Source: Isurus oxyrinchus (lineage: Eukaryota). From it: a DNA stretch of 64,000 nucleotides. Positions within the stretch are counted from its first letter, which is position 1. Each line of letters opens with the position of its first letter. The stretch lies in NCBI GenBank assembly GCA_026770705.1, contig JANJGN010000026.1:35092001-35156000 (forward strand), written 5' to 3'. The notes under the pieces were generated by a model. The model was not told the origin of the DNA. It worked only from the letters and a program-made list of their open reading frames with translations, and did not search any database. Below are positions 10,848 through 24,629 of the stretch, piece by piece. The position numbers and the translations under genes were made by a program.

Positions 10848-11281
10848 GTTTACAGCGCACAAATAAGTGGCCGTGTCTGTAACCCGGGCGCCCCTCACAG
10901 CTAGGACACTGAGCTTGTTGTCTACAACGATTGATCGCGTTGATTGGCTCCTCTTGTTGCCATCACCAGATGCTGGGGCAGCTGATTTGGGGGTTGTCTT
11001 TGCCAACGCACAATGTCAAATGCAATAGTGATGGTGCAGTTCATAAACATGATTCCCGTTTCACTAACAATCACCCGCCCAGGGGGTTGCATCACCTCAT
11101 CTTCACATGTCACATCCGTGTAGATCAGGGTGGAAAACAGCAAACAGGCTCTGTAAATCCGGAGCATTATCAGAGCACATGAAACACCAGCTGGACCAAT
11201 TGTCCACTGACTTCGGAGTTAGAGCCGGGAGATGAATATTATATTCAGAAGAATTAACAAGGAGCAAAACACCAGCTTCAG
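10848..11281 (-). pseudogene. TCR V pseudogene
   Basis: DVTCEDEVMQPPGRVIVSETGIMFMNCTI...VRWQRQPPNQLPQHLV / frameshift / ARVTDTATYLCAVN; leader starts CTG, acceptor is GG; RSS CACAATA-14-ACAGAAACC at 10818-10847. Confidence 0.85.
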
Positions 11282-12693
11282 GTCCTATTCAGAGGGAATC
11301 TTCTGTTGAATTAACTAAAGAGACCGGGTCTTGGGATTGACTCGCCCATATTCAATATTTCACACTGACTCCGGCTAACGTATTCTGTGAGTTCATACCG
11401 GGCCACACAGATTCAATATTTCTCAAAGATTTACACTGCTCTCTGATGGTGTGCATTGGTAACTGCATGGTACAATCATTCAAGTCAATTCCCGCCAATC
11501 TGCATTTCACAGGAGAATTGTAAATGAGAACAGCTATTCCCTTCGTCCTTGTATAGCACCCCTATCTGGAGAGGCCCTGTACCTCGCTTTCAATTGCAGC
11601 ATTCAACGATCCCAGTGTATCTTCCTCCCTCATTCTAGTTGAATCTTTATTCCACAGTGTGATCACTTTCAGTGTGACAACAGGAATCTCTCTTGACATG
11701 CATCTCAAAAGCTCATTTTATAGTTTAAACTCGTGTGCTGCCCCACATGGATGCAGTGCAAAATTTTCTGTTGGATATTTGCAACACACCAACATTGGCA
11801 ACTCATAAAAGTATATTTCGCTAAAACAAATACAAGTTGGCCACCAGCGTTAAATTAATGCCTCTATTTCATCATTTGTTCGTTTAATCACATTTTCTCA
11901 ATGAAGTTACTGGACAATTGTGAGTCTGGAATTGCCCTGTCACTGAAAACAACATGGTATCTCACCACCTTCTGGCGGCGGCGACATTGCACTACAGGGT
12001 GCTTCTCTACAACACTTGTTCGCCTTCGGAACTCAGGAGTGAGTTCAACAATTTCTGGTTCGAAACTCTACTGCATTTATACTTATTCATCTTTTTAGTT
12101 TAGACGGCACCTGGTGGTGAGGAATCTGATTTTCATAAGTTTACTTCATCCAGGCAAAGCTACCCGTCTGTTTTATCTTTTCCTGTTGTAGCATCTTTAT
12201 CAGGTCTGAGTCACGGAGGTTCTGTAATGCAGCCGCTGTCCCCAGGAGTAAGGAAAGGATAACCGGCGAACTTAAAATGCACCGATAATAATACATGGAG
12301 AGGCAACTGATATCAGCCAGAAACTGAAACACAGCCAGTGCTTAATCTGATAAAATATCCAAACGACTCTGAAGATAAAGCGCATTTTGCTGAAATCTGG
12401 TTTACACTGTACACTTGCCAACTTGACAAAATTCAGCATCTTCAGCTGAACAAAGCTATAGTTTATTATTGCTCCCTTAGACTCACAATGTTGGAAACCA
12501 GTTAAACCCTCATACAGCTACTCCCGCCAATTTGTAAATCAGGAACTTTGCCTGCTGTTGTAACTTCTAGCGGAGACTAGATGCGAACGCCATCAAAAAA
12601 CAATTACATAGACAATCTGCCAGGTTCAGCTGTTCATTACCCTGAGCCACCCACTTTCTCTGAACTGAGTTTGAGAAGATTGTTAAGTAAGGG

Positions 12694-12707
12694 CCACCAG
12701 AGGGCAG
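12694..12707 (+). promoter_or_regulatory. CTCF-type motif
   Basis: CCACCAGAGGGCAG matches the CTCF core consensus. Confidence 0.65.
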
Positions 12708-13865
12708 TAATAGCGTGGATTATGAAAAAGGCAGCACCTGTGGAAATATTAACAGATTTAACGTTGCAGGTAAAGTACCTTCCTTATACCTAAACATATT
12801 CAGGTATTCGGCACGGACCAATCGACAGAGTCCAGGGTGCACTTGGATGATGGGTTGGCTGTTTGTTTGGCTGACGGGATTCGTTGAAGGCTGAAACCTC
12901 TTTTTTATTGTTTCATGTGGTTGAGAACAGCATTTCTTGCTCATCAATTAATTTCCCTTCAGTAAGTGCTGGCGAGCCGCCCTCTTGAATCGCTATGGTT
13001 CATTTGTTGTTGTGATGGGATGTTGTGTTAGTGATGTTAGGGGGTAGTTCCAGTATATTGACCCAGTGACAATGAAAGAACGGCGATATAATTCCACGTC
13101 AGGATGGTATGTGGCTGGGAGGAGAAATTGCAGGAGCTGATATTCTCTTTGTTTAGGTGGAAAATATTGAGGGTTTGAGACATACTGTCGAAGGTACCTT
13201 GACGAGCTCATTGTATCACAAAAATTTAAGTGCGAGCAATAATTTCCAGTGGAATCCAATGGTTGCCCTAGTTAACTAATGAATTTCTGCAAACATGGTA
13301 ATTGCTAAAATAGGCAAGCTGTAAATATTTCTAATGATCAATTCAGCCATGACTACTGAGCGCATGAGGTGTTCGTACACCCTGGATCCGTCAAACAGTC
13401 AATCACTCCTCTTCCATCGTTGAATTCATTTCAAATGTGGTATTTTTCTATTTGCCGCTTTGTTGTATTCAAATTCCTCAGGAGCCAGTGGCCGCGTGTA
13501 TCATCTATGGGGAGTCTTCATAGTCAGACAGCAGCAATTGGGGCTCCGGTTCTGAAAGTAGAACAGCATTCACTGCTTTCCTTCTCTTCCTCCGCCTGAC
13601 TGATTGAATCGTTATAGGGCCAACATTGGGTATAAACCCTGCCTCATTCCCTGTTGTATGAATCGGAGATCAAAGGAGCTGTGAGCTAATTGATTGAATT
13701 GAAAACAAAGGCATTTTCAGCTGAATGGATGTAACCTGATGACGCTGTCAGCAATGATCCAATCAGCAGCGATGCGGATGTCACTCAACTTCTCACCAAT
13801 TCTTGGCGAAAATAATTTCAGCTTCAGCCGATTCTAGTCATATCCACCGCGAGCTCTCTGCAAAC

Positions 13866-13917
13866 ATGTCGCCCGTTGCTTTGAACTTATTCTTCACAGC
13901 GGCAGCTCTTTTAGTTG
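13866..13917 (+). pseudogene. Orphan leader exon of the Tyr23/Leu41 family
   Basis: MSPVALNLFFTAAALLV; donor mutated to AT; CCAAT module upstream; no matching V exon follows. Confidence 0.75.
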
Positions 13918-14287
13918 ATAGGTTCACAAATTGCGAAACTCTGCGTTTTACATCCCGTCCTACCATTACATTTAATTGGGTAGTTCAGTCTACACAGGGG
14001 GGTTGGGGGGGCGGGGGGCGTGGGGGGGGGGGGGGGGCGGTGGAATAGATTGATCCAAAATGTGAAAAATCGCCCCGATCCACCTCGTACCAACACGGAA
14101 CACTGTCTTGGGAGAAGTAGGCGAAATTCCCGGAGTGATTGAGAGCAGAGGAGTTGGGCTGGGATCCTAGACTCCACTTGTGCACTTGAGAGACTTTGGC
14201 AGATTCAAGAGTTCGAACGAAACCCTCCGACTGTTCCCAGTTTTCCCTTCAAATCACCGGAGATGACGGTGAGGAACTGATCTCAAT

Positions 14288-15575
14288 CAAAAACAGAATT
14301 ACCTGGAAAAACTCAGCAGGTCTGGCAGCATCGGCGGAGAAGAAAAGAGTTGACGTTTCGAGTCCTCATGACCCTTCGACAGAACTTGATTTCGAGTCCA
14401 AGAAAGAGTTGAAATATAAGCTGGTTTAAGGTGTGTGTGTGGGGGGGGGGGAGGAGAGAGAGAGAGAGACAGAGGTGCTTGTGTAGACAAACAAGCAGTG
14501 ATAGAAGCAGATCATCAAAAGATGTCAGTGACAATGGTGCAAAAGAACACATAGGTATTAAAGTTAAAGTTGGTGATATTATCTAAACGAATGTGCTAAT
14601 TAAGAATGGATGGTAGGGCACTCAAGGTACAGCTCTAGTGAGGGTGGGGGGAGCATAAAAGATTTTAAAATATTTAAAAATAATGGAAATAGGTGGGAAA
14701 GGAAAAATCTATAAAATTTATAGGGAAAAAAAAGGGGAAAAAAGGGGGAAACAGAAAGGGGGTGGGGATGGGGGAGGGAGCTCACGACCTAAAGTTATTG
14801 AATTCAATATTCAGACCGGAAGGCTGTAAGGTGCCTAGTCGGAAGATGAGGCGTTGTTCCTCCAGTTTGCGTTGGGCTTCACAGGAACAATGCAGTAAGC
14901 CAAGGACAGACATGTGGGCAAGAGAGCAGGGTGGAGTGTTAAAATGGCAAGCGACAGGGAGGTTTGGGTCATTCTTGCGGACAGACCGCAGGTGTTCTGC
15001 AAAGCGGTCGCGCAGTTTACGTTTGGTCTCTCCAATGTAGAGGAGACCGCATTGGGAGCAACGAATGCAGTAGACTAAGTTGGGGGAAATGCAAGTGAAA
15101 TGCTGCTTCACTTGAAAGGAATGTTTGGGCCCTTGGACGGTGAGGAGAGAGGAAGTGAAGGGGCAGGTGTTACATCTTTTGCGTGGGCATGGGGTGGTGC
15201 CATAGGAGGGGGTTGAGGAGTAGGGGGTGATGGAGGAGTGGACCAGGGTGTCCCGGAGGGAGCAATCCCTACGGAATGCCGATAAGGGGGGTGAAGGGAA
15301 GATGTGTGTGGTGGTGGCATCATGCTGGAGTTGGCGGAAATGGTGGAGGATGATCCTTTGAATGCGGAGGCTGGTGGGGTGATAAGTGAGGACAAGGGGG
15401 ACCCTATCATGTTTCTGGGAGGGCGGAGAAGGCGTGAGGGCGGATGCGCGGGAGATGGGCCGGACACGGTTGAGGGCCCTGTCAACGACCGTGCGTGGAA
15501 AACCTCGGTTAAGGAAGAAGGAGGACATGTCAGAGGAACCGTTTTTGAAGGTAGCATCATCGGAACAGATGCGAC
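14288..15575 (-). mobile_element. Penelope-like retroelement, 5'-truncated (RT C-terminus plus GIY-YIG endonuclease)
   Basis: ORF 14782-15528 contains NLVYCIRCSQCGLLYIGETKRKLRDRFAEH; TSD GATCTCAAT at 14279-14287 and 15576-15584. Confidence 0.92.
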
Positions 15576-15643
15576 GATCTCAATGTTCACTCAGGAACGT
15601 TTTATTGAATCGATCCAAGCACCTTCCCTTTACAGCACCTGAG

Positions 15644-16094
15644 CTGCAGGAAATATATTTCTATTTAGCTGCCATGATTTATTTCTCAGGTTCCGGGTGA
15701 CAGGCCGATTTTGGGGCATAGACATAGTGAAGTGACATCGTTTAATTGAATATCGCTCTTGGCTCTTATAGGACATTGTGGAGGAGGCTCTGTTTCACAG
15801 ACACTGGCTGCAGTCACAGTGAGTGAAGGAGACGATGTTCAGCTGCTCTGTAATTATACAGCTACAAGCAGCGTCAATCCTTATCTATTCTGGTATCGTC
15901 AGTATCCCAGCGGATTCCTAGAGTATCTACTGAAGAGAAACAGATACATGGCTAACACAGAGATATTTCCCGGAGACCGTTTTTCAGCGGAGCTCAATGA
16001 AAGTGTCTAAAACAGAATTGTCATGCTCTGCGGTGTATCACTGCACGCTGTACCCCACAGACACACAGAGCAGGGCTGAACCTGTATGAAAACT
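15644..16094 (+). pseudogene. TCR alpha V pseudogene with RSS
   Basis: Exon from 15772 reads GGSVSQTLAAVTVSEGDDVQLLCNYTATSSVNPYLFWYRQYPSGFLEYLLK...DRFSAELNESV*; FR3 deletion; leader starts CTG; RSS CACAGAC-23-ATGAAAACT at 16056-16094. Confidence 0.9.
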
Positions 16095-17980
16095 GTCAGA
16101 ACGACACTCAACATTACGGAGCAAGGCGCAAACATTGTGATCGAGGTGAGTCTGAACTACTTACTTAAATCGTAGTGACATTTATACATTTATTTCTAAT
16201 TTATAGTTTTATTCTTAATAATTTTATCATGAAACAATCTTAATGCGGGCATATTAGCAAAAGATAATACAATATTTATATGATTCTTTTCTTCATGTTC
16301 CAAAATGTTTCTCAGTCACTGTTATAATATAATGTAGAGAAGGCAGCAGCCAATTCTTGCCCAGTAAAAGACTTCAATAAACGGCCGGCCTCTTTCAGTA
16401 ATGATGACTGACCGGGGCAATTCCTCTCCTGTCCTCAAGAAAGTGGCTGTGCGATCTATGATGCTGAGAGGGCAAACAGTGCCATCGATTGAACATCTCA
16501 TTTGAAACCCGGTACCTCTGACTGCACCATTTCCTGAGGGCAGCACCGGGGTAACAGCATTGATCCTAGGGCTCAAGACCTTGGTGGTGGAGGAGGGAAG
16601 GTGTGGGTGTGGGATGGGAATGGAAGGTTGAAACTTTTGTTTCAGGGGCAATAATGATGAGAACAGAACTTCGCCTGACAAGTAGAGCTCTCAGGTTAAC
16701 CCCTGTATGGTTAATTCTTAGACATCAGTATCTTTTAATTATACATATAAAATGGACAATAGATGAGTGCAAAGCTTTTCTAGATGTGAGTGACATAATG
16801 GCAGGCATCTGGGCAGCCGTCAATTGGCGCCTCGGTCACCTTTTCTCCCAGAACAGGAGGTCAGTTTCCATTGGGGCCTCCTCGGTAAGTTCCCGAGTTG
16901 TCCTTACTGACAGGCTGCCGGTGTCCTATTGAGCGGAAAGTATCTCTGAACAAATCGGCCTCAGAATCTGGGAAACTGCAGGAGGTGGTGACTGTTCATC
17001 AACTCAATCCAGGAAAAACGGATTGAAATAAAGAAAAGAAAACTGAAAAATAAACTTTACTGGTCCCCGTGGCAACAGGAAACGATAAGCTTAACCCATG
17101 GAACCAAATGTCACTCAACAAGAGAAAGAAAGACTTTTCCTGATGTCACGCTTTTCCAACTCAGGATTTCCAGAAGCCTTTCCAACCTCAGGAAGTACGT
17201 TTCCAGTGCACTCACTGTTGCGATATTGGAAACATTATTTCCACAAAGGAAAACGGGAATGTTTAATTCTCTGCCAGGATAGGTTGTCACTCTGATCCTG
17301 GAGCAAAGGAATTTGTGAGGCCAGGTGTTTTCCAGATAATTTCAACTTGCAGAAAATAGTAACCAGAACATTCGGTAACGAGCTGATGGACACCTCTTAC
17401 TCTAAGGCGCATTGAGCAAACCTGCTAAACATTGTGTCAACCTGCTTATTCAGACAACCCATTGACATTGGAATACAATGATTCATAGTGTTCATCCTCT
17501 AAGTCCTCTGTGCCATCCCCCTCCTCCTTCAACTGCCATACCTTAGGAGGCCGTTGATGACCATGGACTTACATTGGATTGGGCTATGATTATGTTTGCA
17601 AGGTACTTCAGTTGTTTGTCGTTGCTTTCTGCAGTATTACTGACCAAGAATCTCTCCTCTCTTGTCACCTACCATCAAGCATATTGGAAGCATTTACAGA
17701 CTGATAATCAACCTTTTTGACCACGTTAGGAACTGACTTTCTGTGGCCATAATGTCCTGAATTGAGACTTGAACCTGAAGCTTCTGACCCAAAAGTATGG
17801 ACGCTGCCAGTGCTCACGAAGACCTTCTTCCATGCATAATTCATACATAGGCTCTTGCCCTAAATACACTATCGTTTGCGGTGAAGTGTCATCAATATAT
17901 TTCCTGTAATGCCCAGCGGTCACCTGTGACAGCGGTGAACTGATGGCTCTGTCACTTTTGGACAGATAAAAGGATTTGAA

Positions 17981-17994
17981 GCGCCATCTAGTGG
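17981..17994 (-). promoter_or_regulatory. CTCF-type motif
   Basis: CCACTAGATGGCGC on the minus strand; identical in the paralog at 30704-30717. Confidence 0.7.
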
Positions 17995-18567
17995 AACCCT
18001 GTCTGTGAAACAACGATTCTCAACTTATTCTGGAATATTGCTGCATGATATTGGTGGATAATTATTATGGCATCTTATTATTTTTTTTTGCTCAGATTTT
18101 ATTATTACTGCACCTGATGCCTTTTTTCATCTTTTGCTTTTGCTATATGTGCTATTTCATATTAGTTGCAAGATTATTTGTCTGTTTTCCGACATGCCTA
18201 CGTCATTAGTACAGTGCATGTCATTTGCACACATAGATGAGGTTCTCATTAATAAATTCATAAACCCACAACTTATGAGGTTGGATTGTAAATTTCTAAA
18301 GAATGGAATGCTTCTAAGCCCCCTAATCATAAAACAGGAATGTCAACCAAATTTCAATAAGCGAATGTATCAGAGTATTTTTCTACGATTAGGAATAAAA
18401 AAGTGAAATTTTACGGCAGTAATTTCTTCGTATGATCAACTTTGCGTTTTCCTTTTACCGATTTCACTTCCATCACACTAACTTCTAAAGCCCATGGGCT
18501 TATTTTCTCCTCAGTCCCCATGTTGAGTGAATTATTGTATAGCTCCTCCTCCCCTTATTTCACCATG

Positions 18568-19390
18568 CCTCTCTGTACTGTAATACACGCAGCGTCTGAC
18601 AGCTGAACCGTGTCAACAGTGACAGTGATGGAGCTTTTCTCACGGTCCACCCCTATTTTAAACTTTCCCTCAACTCTTTCATTGCTGTAAGTGGAAACGA
18701 GATACTCGGGAGCTTGATTGGAGAATTGCCGTTACCAGAATACAATATCATTTTTCGTGAATATAACATTGTGATGAAGCAAAATGGTTTGTCCAACAGT
18801 TTCCCAAAACATCGATATCTGAAATGTCTTCCAGTGACAAGGAACAACTGCGAAGACATGAATAACATTAGCTTTATGACACAAGAGTGGATAAAGCACT
18901 TGCGGATTTTGGCAGAATCTACTAATCTGTCTATTGATCTCTCTCTATCTATTTATTTATCTGCATCTCTACATTCCGATCTATCTATCTATTTGCATAT
19001 CTATGTATCTCATCGTTTATGAATCTTTCACACGGATATCTACTATCTTGGTCTCAGAGAGGCAGAGTTATTTCACTGTTTATCTCTTTACTTTGAACAA
19101 ACAAATATCGGAAATTCAATTTAATATTTTTTGATGCTCTTCATCTGAGCCAACGTAGAGCCACCAGTCCAGTTCAACCCTTTGATCTTCCCATGACTCC
19201 ACCTACTTAGGGTGTGAGCTCTGATCCTCACACCAAACGGCTGTGAACAAAAGAAAAACCACTGAACCACCACGGGGGTACCGACAGATTGGTTAAAAAC
19301 AATACCGCTGATGAGATAAATAAACTCACACAATATCAACAGCAATAGGGCTCCAACTGGAATCAGGTCTTTGCCGGAGTTTCTGTTCAT
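18568..19390 (-). pseudogene. TCR V pseudogene of the family lacking both cysteines (His23, Ser104)
   Basis: Leader 19330-19390 MNRNSGKDLIPVGALLLLIL; exon 18568-18847 reads ...GQTILLHHNVIFTKNDIVFW*RQFSNQAPEYLV...DAA/VYYSTER; RSS CATGGTG-22-ACAATAATT. Confidence 0.85.
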
Positions 19391-20089
19391 GACGATGAAG
19401 ATGGACAAAGGGCAGATTCAATCTGGGTCTGATTTCCAGACTGCGACTTGTTGCCGAATCCAGGACTCTCAATGGGGGGAGGTGGGGGGGGGGGGGGGTG
19501 GAGGTGGAGAGGGGAGAGAATTACATTCTCTTTTTGAATGTGAGACTGATGGGCGATATTCTCACCGGTTGCACAATTATGGGATGTCGCTATATGACGT
19601 TATTCCTGGTGCCACCCAGCGATTGGCAGTTTCTCAAAACGTAGGCCACTTGAAAAGCCATTGCTTCCGAACATCTCTGCTTCCTGCATATTGCACCAGG
19701 TTATAGTGTTTCATAATGCCTGTGCTCTGTTGTCTTTACAAATGAGAAGAGGCATTAGTCATCCTACAACAGAAGGAGAGGAAGCTCAACCCACTATTCA
19801 TGTATGCTGGCTGTCACGTAGTGTTATACTCTTACTGTGAATCATGTGTCTGCTGCCCGTATATTGTGCCTTTAAGAAAAATATTTTCACTGGTCAAATG
19901 TTGACCTATTTGTCTTCTAAATTACTTGTACATTTTGTTTTCATCGCTGTTTCTCATGAACCATCACATCCTCTAACATTCCACTTCTCAAAATACGAAA
20001 ACGGTCTACTCTCTCCTCCACTAGAATAATGGTAAACTTAAATGATGCCATCGAGTTACCCACCCGTTCACTCTCTCTTTTTAACCTTT

Positions 20090-20480
20090 TCCAAACCTTT
20101 CCTGATTGGGTACAGTTCTGTCATTCTACTTCTTAACCTTCTGTGTTCTGGTGAAAAGATCTCCAGCTGCTCAAGTTTCTGCTCAGGATGATTGTCCCTC
20201 ATCCGGCAACATCGTGCACAGTTCATCCCACACATTGTATTTCAGGTTGACACCAAACGAAAGAAGAGTCACAAAACTGATCCAAGAGTTTGAACTGCGT
20301 CCTCAGCAATGATCTGTCCAGCTTTATTCTTGATTCTGAGTTTAACAATCCATGCCCCTGTTGATTAATGTGATTCTTTAACTCTTTATCTGCAGCTTGT
20401 TCCACACTTTCTGCATCTGGGTTCTGAATTTTTTCTCCTCCTTTACCCATTAAAGTAAATGTTTCTTCTTCGTACCCCAT
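20090..20480 (-). mobile_element. Old CR1 LINE fragment
   Basis: EQKLEQLEIFSPEHRRLRSRMTELYPIRKGLEKV resembles the CR1 ORF2 C-terminus. Confidence 0.65.
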
Positions 20481-21329
20481 AACCTGTCAACCCCTTGCTT
20501 AGCAAGAGCCTTAAAAATATCCAAAGACTCTGTTTCCACCACCTGTTTTGTTTCAGATTTCCAGCATCCGCAGTATTTTGCTTTTATCATCAAACCCGGT
20601 ACTTAGCCCATGAATTTTTAAAAAAATTTATTTTAGCGTGGAAGGGACATTTTCTACATAATGGTAAAGATTGTGGACGTTGTATTTTTATGTATTTTAT
20701 TTGAAGTGACACTAAACCATAAAAATGAAGTATTATTAACAAAAAATAAAGCATGCGCTCTAGGGTTTGGGCATCGCTGGCAATTCACCTACTGGCTGTC
20801 CATCCATAATCGGACCTTTCAACGTCTGGATCTCCCAACTTTAATAATATGGCCCAGCATGTTTGGTGCATCCGTTTGAAATCTTGCCCCACATGGGCAA
20901 ATAATGCATTGGAGAAGTGAACAACATTATGGAGTGTTTAACATCGAGCCAACAAGGGCACAAGTCAGAGGAATTCCTTAATGAAACGTCTTTAGTTATA
21001 TCAGCCAAGTAAGAATGAGATCATTGAAGTTTGGCGGTAGTGCAGAGGTGACCCAGGAGTTTAGTGCTTCAGCTTGAAGTCTGTGAGTCGGGAGAAAAAA
21101 CCTAAATAGTCTTTTTGGACTGCTATTGCACAAACAGTGAACGACAATTGGACCAGTTTTCACACAGAGTGACAGAGTCCACAAATATGGAATTATCTCT
21201 GTATAGCTAGAGGGCATTGTAGGGGTTTGGTGTTTTCTATAAAGACGAATGAAATTGGAGGTAATCTTTTAACCTGATAATGGATGATCAGATGGAAATT
21301 AGGGGCAGAGAGTAAGGGTAACGAGAATT

Positions 21330-21957
21330 TAGTTGGGCCGAACGCTTTCTCATCCGTCAGTATCCGCCAGAATCGGGCGACGAGCAGCTCACCTCCTGAC
21401 TCCCCAAAGCCGGTCCACGATCTACAAGGCACAAGTCAGGAATGTGATGGAATACCCCTGGCCTGGATGAGTGCAGCTCCCACAACACTCAATGAGCTTT
21501 TCACCATCCAGGACAAAACAGCCCACTTGCTTGGCACCACATCCACAAAAATTCACTCCTTCCACCACAGACACACAGTAGCAGCAGTGCGTATCATCTA
21601 AAGATGCACTGCAGGAATTCACCTAGGGTCCTTCGACAGCACCTTCCAAACCCAGGACCACTACCACCTAGAAGGACAAGGCCAGCAAATAGTCGGGAAC
21701 ACCACCACCTGGATGTTGCCCTCCAAGTTGCTTTCAATCATCATCCTGATTTGGAATTAAATCTCCGTTTCTTCACTGCCGCTGGGGTAAAATGCTCGAA
21801 CTTCCTTCCTAACAGGACTGTGGTTGTATCTACGCCAGATGGAATGCAGCAGTTCAAGAAGGGAGCTCCACACCTCCTTCTCAAAGGCAACTAGGGAAGG
21901 GCAATAAATGCTGGTCCAGCCAGCGAAGCCCACATCATGTCAATGAATAATTAAAAA
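21330..21957 (+). mobile_element. CR1 LINE 3' portion (same family as 1-740)
   Basis: PLAWMSAAPTTLNELFTIQDKTAHLLG plus the shared 3' tail. Confidence 0.8.
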
Positions 21958-22269
21958 GGCACCTTCTGACTTTGAGGTTGATCTGCTGCAGTGATAACAC
22001 CAACACAATAATTGAATCCCTCGAGGTGGCGTGGAATAAATTGTACTCTGACAATTTCCGCAATTTAACTAATAAAAAATGAGCAGCGTCTTGTGTGGTG
22101 ATCTACTGTGGCTATCTGTAAGCGTGCAAGTGTGTTGTGTGTGTGTGTGTGAGGGGGTTGGCGGGGGGGGGGGGGGGGGTGTGGGGTTCGGGGGTGTGTG
22201 TGTGCACCTGTGTGTTCATCGGTATGTGACTGTGCGGATGTCCAGTGTTCCTGGTGAGGTTTGTACTGC

Positions 22270-22283
22270 CCAGCGGAGGGCGC
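22270..22283 (+). promoter_or_regulatory. CTCF-type motif upstream of a V leader
   Basis: CCAGCGGAGGGCGC; paralog CCACCAGAGGGCGC at 57383-57396(-). Confidence 0.65.
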
Positions 22284-22513
22284 TTCCTGATTCCCCTGCA
22301 ACATGATGTGCTTGTTCAGAGAGATCTAAATGTTGAAGAGATTCCCACCAGCCTTCGGTAGCCTTGCCGCTGTTTTTAATTTCCGCAACCCACCGCCCCT
22401 CTCCTCGCCACACGACCCACTGCCCCCTGCACACACCCCCCACCTCACCCCATGCCCACAACCGTTATGTACCATTGATCAAAATTTCTCATTCTACAGC
22501 TCAGGCTAGGACG

Positions 22514-22720
22514 ATGGAAGTGGGATTTTGGCATTGGTTATTGTCCTGATGTCTGGTCAGTGAGATTGGGACATTGCTACCATATTCCACCATTTTGTAT
22601 AATTTCCCAAATCCATCTCTGGTGACCATCCTGTTTCCGATACTTCGCCTAACCCATTGTGTGGCCACTTTTCATTTTCAGAGATAAGTAACGGGCATTC
22701 AGTGCCCCAGTCGAATCAGG
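22514..22720 (+). pseudogene. Leader plus truncated V 5' fragment
   Basis: Decayed leader 22514-22555, exon from 22682 EISNGHSVPQ; aligns with 57000-57210(-). Confidence 0.7.
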
Positions 22721-23445
22721 AAATCAAATCAGATGCTTCCCCAGGAAATTATAAAGGAAATGAATGAGAAAATACATCCTGATCCAGGCAGGTTTGTCCA
22801 GCTTGAATCATCTCTGTCAGTCTTAAGAAAATTTAAATTTCTCGATCATTTTAAGTTAGGATCAAGTTCAGATATTCCCGCCCCCGGTTTTAGTAAAAAT
22901 ATGTAGATTTCTGAATGAATACCAGAGCCCCCATCTCCTGGCTTGACCCTTCAGGTCAAATTTTGAAAAGATCCCTCACCATTGCAGAGTCATGATCGCC
23001 TAATTACGTCCCTTATTCTCTTTCGGTTAAGACTAGTCATGCAACCCATTGTCTGCGGAATGATTTTGATTATTTTCCACTTCACGTGTTACAGGGGGGA
23101 TTGGGGGTGGAGGAGGGAGACAGACAGAGAGAGAGAAACAGAGAGGGGGGGGGGTCAAAGCGCGAGAGAGAAAGACAGAAAGAAAGACAGAAAGAAAGAA
23201 CGAATGAAAGAAAGAAAGTCAGAGGGATAGAGAGACAAGCCAAACCAACATCCTGCATTCACACAGTAAGTGGAATACCTTCTGTCTTTAATATCAGAAA
23301 GAATGGTCAATAAATTTAAAACATTCTGCGATTCTCTATCATATTCAAAACCAGATATTACGTGCTCCCATGTCTCTTTCTGATAATAGCATTCATGAGC
23401 GTATTTACTCCCGGAATTTCGACAAACTTTGTGTTTTTGTTACAG

Positions 23446-23767
23446 GAACGAGTGGCCAAGATTCAGTGTCTCAGGATCCTCCTGAATTAATGGTTCAAGG
23501 CAGACAGACGCCGATCTGTAGTTACGCCACATCCACCAGCAAACTCGACTGATACATCAAATATCCCGGTGGTGTTCCGAGATTTTTACTGAAGAGTTTT
23601 GGTAATGGGCAAGGACATAATTCTCCAGTTTTCTCAGAAAGGTTTTCTCCTGATTTGGATAAAAAGAAGAAACCTGCCCATTTAACCCTTGTCCCTGACT
23701 CTGCCGCGTATCACTGAGCACAGAGCCCCATGCTGTTACAGAGCCACAGTCAAGGTATAAAAAACGC
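23446..23767 (+). pseudogene. TCR V pseudogene with decayed RSS
   Basis: GTSGQDSVSQDPPELMVQG...ICSYATSTSKLD*YIKYPGGVPRFLLK...DSAAYH*AQS; heptamer CATGCTG at 23729. Confidence 0.85.
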
Positions 23768-24331
23768 GAGAAGGCGCCCTCATCTACCGTCTCAGAATCA
23801 GTTCTGTTGCCTGGATTGTTAACTGGTAATAGAACCGAAACCAAATTAAAGACTAGTATGGCTGAATGGCACATTGCTACGTTGCAGGCCCTGCGTCATT
23901 CTCTGGAGCCTTCCTCTTAATATCAGCTGTGGGTGTTTTCCATGGTCACTAAGCAGCACCTTTAATGCAGCCTGCGGCATTCATACAAGGACAACATTAA
24001 CCATTTACCTTCATTGCCAACTCCTCACACACTGAGCCCTATGAAAGGGCCAACGTTTAGTTGAATCCTCATCTCGATCCCCGCTGGAGGAATAATAACT
24101 TCACTGATCCGTTGCACTCCTCTCTGACGCAACTAACTGGAGAGCAATGGACCTGTGGGTTGATTGGATGAATTGGGGGACAAAGGATCGTGGAGCTGAT
24201 TGGTCGTCACTTGATGACTCTTTAAGGAATGGACGAATCGCTGGGGAGACCGGACATAAATGAACATCTTTAACTCCTCAATTACAGATTCAGTCCATTC
24301 TGTTTCAATCCACTGCCAATTCGGGGCAAAG

Positions 24332-24629
24332 ATGTTGGCTTTTGCTTTTTATTCATTTCTCACAGCTGCAGCTCTCTTACCCGGTAAGTCTACAAGTTAG
24401 ACAATCTTCCTCTTGCAGGACTCATTGACATTCATTTAATGATGTTTCCCTCTACCTACATTGTGATCTGTTACATTATGCTGCTAGTTATCATAAAATG
24501 ACAATAAAATAAGATATTAACTTTCTTTACACCTAAATATCTGCAGAAACTCAGGGTGCAGACTCCATCTCACAAGAGCCGGTTACATCAACGTGATTTG
24601 TAGGAGATGAGGTGACAATTAAGTACTGA
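24332..24629 (+). pseudogene. Truncated member of the Tyr23 family
   Basis: Intact leader MLAFAFYSFLTAAALLP (24332-24383); exon from 24547 reads TQGADSISQEPVTST*FVGDEVTIKY*; remainder missing. Confidence 0.85.
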
